This document shows, piece by piece, positions 9,578 through 18,507 of a stretch of 51,481 nucleotides of DNA (within the stretch, counting starts at the first letter, position 1; each line of letters begins with the position of its first letter). The notes below the pieces were generated by a model. That model worked only from the letters and a program-made list of their open reading frames with translations. It ran no database searches and was not told the origin of the DNA. A program made the translations under genes and the position numbers. Origin of the DNA: an archaeon (GTDB lineage Archaea > Nanobdellota > Nanobdellia > Woesearchaeales > GW2011-AR9); assembly GCA_023265925.1 (NCBI GenBank), contig JAHFSD010000003.1:1-51481 (forward strand). Direction: 5' to 3'.

Positions 9578-10840
9578 TTAAGAACAGGCCAGCAACCATT
9601 TCCAGACCGGGATAATCATAATATTCTTGTTTTCTATGGACATTTCTTCTTCTTGCTCAGTGGTGATGATTATTCCTGTTTTTAGCTTAAAGTGCTCCAG
9701 TGCTTCTAAGAGCCCTTCTATTTCTCTCGTTTTATTCTGTTCGTTTAAGGTATGACAAACCTGTATCACTTCAGACGCTTTTGCTCCTTCCTTCACGACA
9801 AAGTCACATTCCCTTTTTCCAGAAAAGTAATAAATTTCTTTATTTTGTCGTTGTAGTTCTACAAAAACATTGTTTTCCAGGATGGGGCCCTTGTTTTCGG
9901 AAAAGGGTAATCCATTCAAACGATACATTGCTGAATCGATAGTGTAAATCTTCTTAGGGGCCGCTAGTTGCCGGCGCAGGGAAAAATCAAGTTTCTGAAG
10001 CTCAAAAATCAGGTAAGAATTATGTAAATAGCCAATGTATTCTTTTACAGTAATAGAATTAGCCAGACCTAAAGCCGACTTCAATGAGTTATACGTTACC
10101 TGTGAAGAAACACTGCGCAGGAGCAGCTGTACTAATTCTCTCAGTATTTTCTGTTTTTTTAGGGCATAACGGGAAATGATGTCTCGATATAAGATATTAT
10201 CATAAATAGTTTTCAAATAAGTATCATCGTTGTTTATGAGATATTCCGGGAAACCGCCTTTGCTGAGGTACTCGCCGAAAGACTGGAGCAGCTGTACTTT
10301 TTTCTCGGTGCTGTAGAACCAGTCTTTATTCCAGATTATCTTTTGGAAGGCCAGGAATTCCTGGAAAGAGAAAGGGTAGAGTTCTATTGCTTTGTATCTG
10401 CCGGTTAGTTTTGTCCCTAGTTCCTTGCTCAACAAGGTGGCGTTCGATCCGGTGAGAATAACTTTTTTTCTTTGGTCTTGCAGGCGGCGGACGAAAGCTT
10501 CAAATTTTTCGATGTTCTGAATCTCATCAAAAAAGTACAGTTGAGCAGGCCCGTAACATTCAATCAGCAATTCGTGTAAATCCTCAAAATCCTGAGCCTG
10601 GAAATCCAGAAATTGTTCATGTTCGAAATTGAGGTAACAACAGCCTTTTTTTTGCTGCATGATCTGTTTCAACAGCGTTGATTTTCCGCAGCGCCGTATG
10701 CCGGTAATGATAATAATACGGTTATCTTTGAACCATTCCGGAAGCTGATCAAGAACTTTTCGGGGCACAGTTTCTTGCGGAGAAGTGATTTCCTTCTTTT
10801 GCTGGGCGATAACCTGCCGTAAGGCTTCTTTCCGGATCAT
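9578..10840 (-). CDS. AAA+ ATPase with DUF4143 domain (AAA_14 family)
   Basis: Walker A GIRRCGKST, Walker B FFDEIQ, ILTGSNA, GGFPE, PKKIYTID, ILENNVF, ECDFVV. Confidence 0.9.
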   Translation of the reverse strand: MIRKEALRQVIAQQKKEITSPQETVPRKVLDQLPEWFKDNRIIIITGIRRCGKSTLLKQIMQQKKGCCYLNFEHEQFLDFQAQDFEDLHELLIECYGPAQLYFFDEIQNIEKFEAFVRRLQDQRKKVILTGSNATLLSKELGTKLTGRYKAIELYPFSFQEFLAFQKIIWNKDWFYSTEKKVQLLQSFGEYLSKGGFPEYLINNDDTYLKTIYDNILYRDIISRYALKKQKILRELVQLLLRSVSSQVTYNSLKSALGLANSITVKEYIGYLHNSYLIFELQKLDFSLRRQLAAPKKIYTIDSAMYRLNGLPFSENKGPILENNVFVELQRQNKEIYYFSGKRECDFVVKEGAKASEVIQVCHTLNEQNKTREIEGLLEALEHFKLKTGIIITTEQEEEMSIENKNIMIIPVWKWLLACS

Positions 10841-10923
10841 ACTAACTGCTAATTAGCACCAATATATAAATGTTATCATTGGTAATTAGTACTATTAGGG
10901 GTGGGTGGAACGACCAGGTTCAT

Positions 10924-11175
10924 TCAAAAGGCAGACGGATACCTCTTCTTAAACTTTTCGTGCATGGACTTTTTCATTCTCCTGCCTAATTCTATTGAGA
11001 ATTCCAAGGCCTCTTTTTCACTGAGTTTGGATTTAGAGACAATTGCTTTTAAAATTTGTAATTGGGCTAATTTCTGTCGGATGGCTTCACGAGCTACTTC
11101 GGACCAGTTCATTTCCGGACACCGATCCATCTTCAATTTCATTTCCTCAGGTATGGCTAAGGTTAATGCCGGCAT
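10924..11175 (-). CDS. Small ribbon-helix-helix (CopG-like) DNA-binding protein
   Basis: MPALTLAIPEEMKLKM...NWSEVAREAI pattern; GGAGG SD before ATG 11175. Confidence 0.7.
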   Translation of the reverse strand: MPALTLAIPEEMKLKMDRCPEMNWSEVAREAIRQKLAQLQILKAIVSKSKLSEKEALEFSIELGRRMKKSMHEKFKKRYPSAF

Positions 11176-11289
11176 AGGTTCCTCCTCCGGTGATGTAAAC
11201 AATACACATAATACACAGGAAATATATAAACCTTTCGCAGGATAAAACCAAGTGGAACAAATTACCGTGCAGAATCCGTTGCAGCAACG

Positions 11290-11297
11290 TTTATAAA
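11290..11297 (+). promoter_or_regulatory. TATA box upstream of the AMP phosphorylase leader
   Basis: TTTATAAA about 35 nt upstream of the uORF ATG at 11332. Confidence 0.55.
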
Positions 11298-11331
11298 CTA
11301 AGAATATTTATTTCTTACAAAAGAGGTTACT

Positions 11332-11409
11332 ATGAGATTCCGTGTGAAAGATACAAAAAAAATTGGTGATTTTTTGGTATCTTTAACCCTGAAGGTGATG
11401 CAAAAATGA
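11332..11409 (+). other. 25-codon upstream ORF (MRFRVKDTKKIGDFLVSLTLKVMQK) overlapping the AMP phosphorylase start (ATGA), within alternative hairpins
   Basis: GAGGT SD at 11323-11327; the stop TGA at 11407-11409 overlaps ATG 11406. Confidence 0.55.
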
Positions 11410-12878
11410 AGTTCAGGGTTAAAGACATGGACATTGCCACCGGCGGAACGCTGGTAGCGATTCTGAACAAGAAAGATGCCCGCCATCTGGATCTGCATAG
11501 CGGCGATCGTATTCTGGTGAAAGATGGAAATAAGGAAGTGCCCTGCATCCTGGACATCTCGGAAAGCAAGAAGGCTGTGCCAGAAGGAAAGATCGGCCTG
11601 TTTGAAGAAGTGTTAACCCGCCTGGGCGTGCACAGCGGGAGCATCATCAACATTAAGCTGACGGGAAAGCCGGAATCCGTTGCCCATATCCGCGACAAAC
11701 TGTATGGAAAACGGCTCAGCTATCAGGAACTGTACCACATCATGGATGATATTACCCATGATCGCCTGACCGACATCGAAAAAACGTACTTTGTCGCCGC
11801 TGGCTTTGCTAACGGCTTTACCCATGAAGAAGTAGTCGATATGACCAGAGCGATGGTGCATACCGGAAAGAAATTGAAATTCCCGGGCACGGTCGTTGAC
11901 AAGCATAGTATCGGCGGCATTCCGGGCAACCGTACGACCATGATCATCGTTCCCATTCTGGCTGCTGCCGGCTTTACCATGCCTAAAACCAGTTCCCGGG
12001 CGATAACTTCCCCGGCCGGCACGGCCGATACGATGGAATGTTTAGCCAATGTGGAGCTGACCGAAGAGCAGATTCAGCGTGTCGTCCGGAAAACCGGAGC
12101 CTGCATGGTCCATGGCGGCAGCATGAGTTTAGCGCCGGCCGACGATAAAATTATTGAAGTCGAGCATCCGCTCAGCATTGATGCCGAAGGGCAGCTGTTA
12201 GCGTCGGTGATGGCCAAAAAATATTCGGTCTCGGCCAAGCATGTGCTGATTGACATTCCCATGGGCAAAAGCACTAAAGCGAATAGCTGGGCGAAGGCCA
12301 ATCATCTGAAGAAAATGTTTGAATTGATTGGGAAGAAATTGGGAATGAATATTCACGTGATTATTACCGATGGCTCTCAGCCGATTGGCTATGGCGTCGG
12401 CCCGTTACTGGAAGCGCGTGATGTTCTGGCGATATTACGAAATGATCCCCAGGCGCCACCGGACTTAAAGAAGAAGGGCCTGATGATGGCCGGGGTATTA
12501 TTAGGCATGACCGGGAAATATAAAGACGGGCAGAAGAAAGCCCGCGAAATCCTGGAAAGCGGCCAGGCCTGGAAGAAGATGAATGAAATCATTGATGCCC
12601 AAGGCCGGAAAAGACTGCCGCCCCTGGGAGAATTTTCCTATCCGGTACGCAGTGGAAAGATTGGAAGGGTGCGGGGAATTAACACTGAAATCATCGCCAA
12701 GATTGCCCGGATGGCCGGTGCACCGGATGACAAGGGCGCGGGATTACACCTTCGCAAAAAGGTGCATGATCTGACGCAGAAAGGCGATTTGCTTTATACG
12801 GTCTATGCGGAAAGCAGGTTTAAGTTAGAGCTGGCCAAGGAAATGGGGAGGCAGAATTGCGGGTATCTGGTTGGATGA
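11406..12878 (+). CDS. AMP phosphorylase (archaeal thymidine-phosphorylase family)
   Basis: DKHSIGGIPGN, KTSSRAITSPAGTADTME, SVMAKK, QPIGYGVGP and C-terminal GAPDDKGAG; N-terminal double-psi-barrel-like domain typical of AMPpase. Confidence 0.93.
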   Translation: MKFRVKDMDIATGGTLVAILNKKDARHLDLHSGDRILVKDGNKEVPCILDISESKKAVPEGKIGLFEEVLTRLGVHSGSIINIKLTGKPESVAHIRDKLYGKRLSYQELYHIMDDITHDRLTDIEKTYFVAAGFANGFTHEEVVDMTRAMVHTGKKLKFPGTVVDKHSIGGIPGNRTTMIIVPILAAAGFTMPKTSSRAITSPAGTADTMECLANVELTEEQIQRVVRKTGACMVHGGSMSLAPADDKIIEVEHPLSIDAEGQLLASVMAKKYSVSAKHVLIDIPMGKSTKANSWAKANHLKKMFELIGKKLGMNIHVIITDGSQPIGYGVGPLLEARDVLAILRNDPQAPPDLKKKGLMMAGVLLGMTGKYKDGQKKAREILESGQAWKKMNEIIDAQGRKRLPPLGEFSYPVRSGKIGRVRGINTEIIAKIARMAGAPDDKGAGLHLRKKVHDLTQKGDLLYTVYAESRFKLELAKEMGRQNCGYLVG

Positions 12879-12905
12879 GGACGTGGAAGGATATGGATAA
12901 ATTGC

Positions 12906-13637
12906 TCACCATCCCAACGTTCTCAATTCTTCAGCAAGCCTTTCTCTTGGTATATTTCTTTTAGCTTTTCCATCCTGAAGCAGGACAAAATGGGGAACGG
13001 TCTGGTTCAATTTTCCCGGGTAAAGAAAGTTCCAGGTGGTCTGATCATCGAGGAAATAAGTTGGGAACGAGGGCCAATGCTTTTCCCGCTGCAATATCTG
13101 AATGGTCTCACCTAATTCCTTCCGATAAGTTTTGGGAGCTGTTGTTTGCTTCCGCTCCTGGAGAACCTCCTGGCTTTTCTTTATAATCTCTTCCAGTTCA
13201 GGATCATAGGGCGGGCCGTCATTAAAATCTTCCCGCAATCGGCGTATCCGCCTGATGCCGTACTCACCGTGATATCGCCTCTCGAGAGATTTGTCAATAT
13301 ATTTGCCAAGACTGTAATCAGTATTTTCCTGAACAACATCTTCGGCTAACGCACTGATAAAGGTTACTTTCGTTTTGTATCGCTCAGAGAGCGTGTTATA
13401 TTTAGGAAGGCCGTAAAGACAGGGATAACAATTAATCGCCCAGACGTAGACGAGCGTAGTGCCGGGAAGAGTATCAAGATAAGTTTTACGGAATTGCGCT
13501 GGATCATTCCTGGTGTCAAGAACATCATCAAGCGAATAGAGAAAAGGGCGGGATTCTGTCTGGCTGAGAGCAGGAATAGCAGGAATAAGGATGGCGGCGG
13601 CAATCCCTTGTAACAGCTCACGACGGGTGATGGTCAT
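12906..13637 (-). CDS. Exported thioredoxin-fold (TlpA-like) protein with Tat-like signal
   Basis: MTITRRELLQGIAAAILIPA N-terminus, WAINCYPC CxxC motif, late VPHFVLL cis-Pro motif. Confidence 0.75.
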   Translation of the reverse strand: MTITRRELLQGIAAAILIPAIPALSQTESRPFLYSLDDVLDTRNDPAQFRKTYLDTLPGTTLVYVWAINCYPCLYGLPKYNTLSERYKTKVTFISALAEDVVQENTDYSLGKYIDKSLERRYHGEYGIRRIRRLREDFNDGPPYDPELEEIIKKSQEVLQERKQTTAPKTYRKELGETIQILQREKHWPSFPTYFLDDQTTWNFLYPGKLNQTVPHFVLLQDGKAKRNIPRERLAEELRTLGW

Positions 13638-13779
13638 AGTTTAGAGAAAGGCTTCCAACTATAAAAATGTTGCTACTTCAGGATAATCTTCTCAATCGTA
13701 TCTCCTTGCCGTACCGTCCAATCAGGAATTATCCGTCGCGGGGAAAACTACTTATGAAAGCAAAAAGCTTTAAAATATC

Positions 13780-13797
13780 ATACGTATCTATACGTAT
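13780..13797. promoter_or_regulatory. Tandem palindromic operator-like motif
   Basis: ATACGTAT-ct-ATACGTAT just downstream of TTTAAAA (13770-13775). Confidence 0.4.
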
Positions 13798-13896
13798 AAA
13801 ATGTTGAGCCGCAAGGACCTGATCGTCCTCAACCTGCGTTTCAGTACTGGTCAAATCATCAATGGAAGTAGACTAAAATCGGTATCCTGATTAAAA

Positions 13897-14232
13897 ATGC
13901 CACGCTCTAAACTATTGCAGTATGCCTTGGACGCCATCAGGAAGCACCCGCAGGTATAGAGAACTGCGCAACTTATATCCTATTTGTGCGCAGTTCTAAT
14001 CTGGTAAACTGCGTATCAAAGTGTCAGATAAGCTACGCAGTTTACCATATTTGAAGCCCTGGCAGAATATGATAAAACCAGGAAATTGCCGAAGACCGTC
14101 TATCGGGAACGCATTAATCTGACCATTGATACCAACTTATTGCGGCAATTCAAGCAGCATGCTGCGGCGAAAGGATTGAACATGTCGCGGGTTATAGAAA
14201 AGCATATCAAGGAAGAGTTGGATCTTCAGTGA
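13897..14232 (+). pseudogene. RHH/CopG-family DNA-binding protein gene interrupted by a 93-nt insertion
   Basis: MPRSKLLQYALDAIRKHPQV, then TAG, then after 93 nt the same frame resumes FEALAEYDKTRKLPKTVYRERINLTIDTNLLRQFKQHAAAKGLNMSRVIEKHIKEELDLQ. The joined product is 80 aa. Confidence 0.75.
13955..14050. mobile_element. Twin-hairpin (REP/MITE-like) insertion flanked by a TAT direct repeat
   Basis: Stems agaactgcgca/tgcgcagttct (13960-13997) and tggtaaactgcgta/tacgcagtttacca (14002-14047); TAT at 13955-57 and 14048-50. Confidence 0.6.
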
Positions 14233-14340
14233 ACTACCACGAGTTTCGCTGCGGCTCAACTGAGGGGTTCGGCAGGCGCCGTGTACTAAACTCTTTCCCC
14301 CCTTTTTAAACCCCAGCTTCTGATAGAATTCGTGGACGTT
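14231..14340. repeat. About 110-bp element with imperfect terminal inverted repeats (IS200/IS605-end-like or REP-like)
   Basis: gaactaccacgag... pairs with ...ttcgtggacgttc; no TSD seen. Confidence 0.35.
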
Positions 14341-14372
14341 CTAAAAAAGTAATTTTAAGAATATCCAGAACT

Positions 14373-14774
14373 TTACCATGAGCGCAATTTGAGATATCTT
14401 CTTTTTGTTAATGGCTCATAATCCCCATCTCCGGAAAGAAGGAGGTCACACCCCGTAAGCGTGCAGGTTGCTGCCACCACTGAATCAATCAAAGGCACAT
14501 GAAAACTCAAGGAAAGGCGTGCGGCCTCTCTCGCAATGGCTTTGTCCACAAGAATTAGTTCTACATGTTCTGACGCTTCCACCCCGTCAAAAAATTGTTC
14601 GATGACGTCTTGTGAAATTCCCCGTTGCATCAGTTTTTTACTTGCTTCTGCATAGACCATAATGGAGATCACTATTCGTGTTTTTCCAGCCCTGGTTTCT
14701 TGAATGAGTGCCACCGCCTGAGGATTTTTGGAAAATGCTTCCAGGATGAACCAGGTATCTGCGCAATATTTCAT
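14373..14774 (-). CDS. vapC: PIN-domain toxin (VapC)
   Basis: YCADTWF, VYAEA, LIDSVVAAT, LLSGDGDY acidic PIN motifs. Confidence 0.9.
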   Translation of the reverse strand: MKYCADTWFILEAFSKNPQAVALIQETRAGKTRIVISIMVYAEASKKLMQRGISQDVIEQFFDGVEASEHVELILVDKAIAREAARLSLSFHVPLIDSVVAATCTLTGCDLLLSGDGDYEPLTKRRYLKLRSW

Positions 14775-15040
14775 GCTCTCTCTCGCCGACGCTCTTCTTT
14801 AACTTCTTTCCAGGCCGCGTGAGCATCAAATGGAGGTGCCTGGGCGATAGCCTCCAGCATCAAATCTTCCGGGAATTTTAGATGCTGTTTTCGTAAGAGA
14901 ATTTCTCCCCCGGGCAGATGGGTTACAATCAATATATCATTTTCGACGAGATGATCTTCGTCCCGGATGACTTTCGGAATGGTGATCTGTCCCTTCTTGG
15001 CCAGTTTTACTTTTTCAATCATAACAGTATGAAGTGACAT
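14771..15040 (-). CDS. vapB: AbrB/MazE/SpoVT-type antitoxin (VapB)
   Basis: KVKLAKKGQITIPKVIRD motif; 4-nt overlap with vapC. Confidence 0.88.
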   Translation of the reverse strand: MSLHTVMIEKVKLAKKGQITIPKVIRDEDHLVENDILIVTHLPGGEILLRKQHLKFPEDLMLEAIAQAPPFDAHAAWKEVKEERRRERA

Positions 15041-15164
15041 CGGTGGGAAGAAGCAGGCCGAGTTTATAAATATTTCGGAAAAATTACTTTAATCGGAAAT
15101 GTTGGTTTATTCTTTCAATAGGCCATATATTTCTGTGAGGAGCATTTTCTCCTGTCGCCGTGCA

Positions 15165-15587
15165 CTAAATTCCACTACTCCCGAACCCTTGTTCTCCCCG
15201 TGCCGTTTCATCCAGTTCTTTTACTTCCACAATCTGTTTCTGTTCCACGGGCTGAATCAGCAGTTGAGCTATTTTTGTTCCCGCCGGCACGATATACGGC
15301 TGAGTAGAGAGGTTGTGGATCAATATCTTTACCTCGCCGCGATAGCCGGCATCAATCACGCCGGCCATGGTTTTCAGGCCGTGGTTGGTAGCCAGGCCGG
15401 ATTTATCCCAGACCAAGCCAACATAGCCGGAAGGAATGGCCAGAGCGATGCCGGTAGAAATCAATTTCCGTTCCTGAGGAAGAATCGTGGTGGTTTCGGC
15501 CGAATATAAATCCAGGCCGGCATCGTGGGGATGGGCGTAGGAAGGAAGGGTGGCAGAGGGAAATAATTTCTTGACTTTAATTACCAT
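15165..15587 (-). CDS. dut: Trimeric dUTP diphosphatase
   Basis: AGLDL, KSGLA, AGVIDAGYRGE, KIAQL, RGEQGFGSSG. Confidence 0.97.
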   Translation of the reverse strand: MVIKVKKLFPSATLPSYAHPHDAGLDLYSAETTTILPQERKLISTGIALAIPSGYVGLVWDKSGLATNHGLKTMAGVIDAGYRGEVKILIHNLSTQPYIVPAGTKIAQLLIQPVEQKQIVEVKELDETARGEQGFGSSGI

Positions 15588-15591
15588 GGTT

Positions 15592-15999
15592 TTACCGATT
15601 CTTCAGTCCCAACTGCTGATCCACGTCTTTGGCAATATTCAGTAACCGTTCAAAAATCCGGTCAGTGTCAGCTTTCAACTCCTCAAGCGCCGAGTGCAGG
15701 CTACCACCCCTGAGCATAATTAGTTTTCTTTCCCGATAGACTAAGCCGGAATCCATCAGGTTGCGGACATGGTGGTTAATTCGGGCGGCCGTGACCAGCA
15801 GATCTTCGGCCAATTCTTCGCTGGGCACAGCCCTCTCGGCCGAGAAGCGTTTCAGGAAGTAGGTTAACACCCGGGGACTAATCCGGTCCACGTCCCGGCC
15901 ACTGTTCAGGCCTAAGCTTTCACAGACCCATTCAATGTCCTGCTCTAAGTACTTCTCCCGCGGCTTTTCCAGGTTACGGAGAGTGATTTCCTGATACAT
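15592..15999 (-). CDS. Winged-helix (ArsR-like) transcriptional regulator
   Basis: SEELAEDLLVTAARINHHVRNLMDSGLV HTH; divergent from groES. Confidence 0.8.
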   Translation of the reverse strand: MYQEITLRNLEKPREKYLEQDIEWVCESLGLNSGRDVDRISPRVLTYFLKRFSAERAVPSEELAEDLLVTAARINHHVRNLMDSGLVYRERKLIMLRGGSLHSALEELKADTDRIFERLLNIAKDVDQQLGLKNR

Positions 16000-16041
16000 A
16001 GTTTGAGGGAAAAGCCTTTTCCTATTTAAATCTTATTAACT

Positions 16042-16069
16042 TTAGTTGAGTTGATATCTATTTAACTAA
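16042..16069. promoter_or_regulatory. Imperfect palindrome between the divergent wHTH and groES promoters
   Basis: TTAGTTgAgttGATATCtatTtAACTAA centred on GATATC. Confidence 0.45.
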
Positions 16070-16093
16070 GAACCTGTCAATCCTTCCATAAAA

Positions 16094-16101
16094 TTTATAA
16101 A
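16094..16101 (+). promoter_or_regulatory. TATA box for groES-groEL
   Basis: TTTATAAA preceded by an A-rich BRE. Confidence 0.55.
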
Positions 16102-16160
16102 GAGGCAGCCTGCTGAAGTGCTATTATCGCAGTAATTATTTTCAATAGGAGGGTGAGACT

Positions 16161-16430
16161 ATGGGTATCATACCGATGGGTGAACGGGTGCTGATAAAAC
16201 CGGTCGAGGAAGAAAAAACTGCCGGCGGGATTTACATTCCTGAATCAGCCATGAAGGATAAGAAGGAAGGCTGGGTGGAAGCGGTCGGCACGACTAAAGA
16301 AGGCAAGGAATTGCCGGTCAAGAAAGGCGACCGGGTCATCTATGGCGGCTACAGCCATGAGGATATCGAAGTCAACCGGCAGAAATTCATCCTGGTGGAA
16401 TTCAAAGATATCGTGGCTAAAGTGGAATAG
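16161..16430 (+). CDS. groES: Co-chaperonin GroES (bacterial-type group I)
   Basis: IPMGERVLI, KTAGGIYIPESA, VKKGDRVIY, DIVAKVE. Confidence 0.96.
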   Translation: MGIIPMGERVLIKPVEEEKTAGGIYIPESAMKDKKEGWVEAVGTTKEGKELPVKKGDRVIYGGYSHEDIEVNRQKFILVEFKDIVAKVE

Positions 16431-16514
16431 GATGGAATAAATAAGATAGAATTAATAGACAAGTAAGTAGACAAGTAAGGATAGATAGAATTGATAGACA
16501 ATGACAGAATATAG

Positions 16515-18137
<1,623 letters not shown>

Positions 18138-18244
18138 AAGGTTGTTGGGCAATAATCTTTTTTTTCTCTTTCTGAATAACTAGAGGCGGCAGACTCTTTC
18201 TACTATTGAGAAACCCCTTACAAGTAACAAAAACCACCACAAAA

Positions 18245-18252
18245 TTTATAAA
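18245..18252 (+). promoter_or_regulatory. TATA box upstream of the RNA ligase gene
   Basis: TTTATAAA. Confidence 0.5.
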
Positions 18253-18301
18253 TAAAGCCCCCTTTGAGCTTCTTATTCGCAAGGGAGAATCAACAATGGA
18301 G

Positions 18302-18491
18302 GTATTTGTTTAGCACCTTCGAAATCCCTGATGCGGTATCCGCAGGAGCTGCGTCCCCGTAGGGGGCAACCCCCCGCGACGCTCTCGACGTAGGCCCCGC
18401 ATGGATTTCGACCTCCTCAGAAACGTGACGCGTTTCTGGGATGCCAAAAATAGGGACGCTATTTTTGTGCATTAGGGTGCTAAACAAATAC
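18302..18491. mobile_element. MITE, 190 bp, 16-bp perfect terminal inverted repeats, 8-bp target-site duplication
   Basis: Left TIR gtatttgtttagcacc (18302-18317), right TIR ggtgctaaacaaatac (18476-18491). CAATGGAG at 18294-18301 and 18492-18499 (alternatively a 17-bp TIR with a 6-bp TSD). Internal GC-rich hairpin and no ORF. Confidence 0.85.
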
Positions 18492-18507
18492 CAATGGAGA
18501 ATTAACC

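Noticed and set aside
13674-13890. Short fragments (minus-strand WTVRQGDTIEKII; plus-strand MLSRKDLIVLNLR)
   Set aside because: Too short, and without start or context, to assign; probably decayed gene debris.
13957-13959. Pyrrolysine or stop-codon readthrough at the TAG followed by a hairpin
   Set aside because: Two further in-frame TAA stops lie within the insert, and other genes in the window use TAG as a normal stop.
13955-14050. Archaeal BHB mRNA intron in the RHH gene
   Set aside because: The best junction pairing (GGTA/TACC) gives a 5-nt bulge, and canonical cuts would create GTA TAA (a stop). A TAT duplication fits an insertion better.
16042-16069. Xer/dif site or CIRCE element
   Set aside because: It is 28 bp, but the inner arm bases are not palindromic as in dif, and it does not match TTAGCACTC-N9-GAGTGCTAA.
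18318-18420. Hammerhead ribozyme (CTGATG/CTGAGGA and CGAAA words)
   Set aside because: The core elements are too close together for stems I-III; the region is explained as MITE interior.
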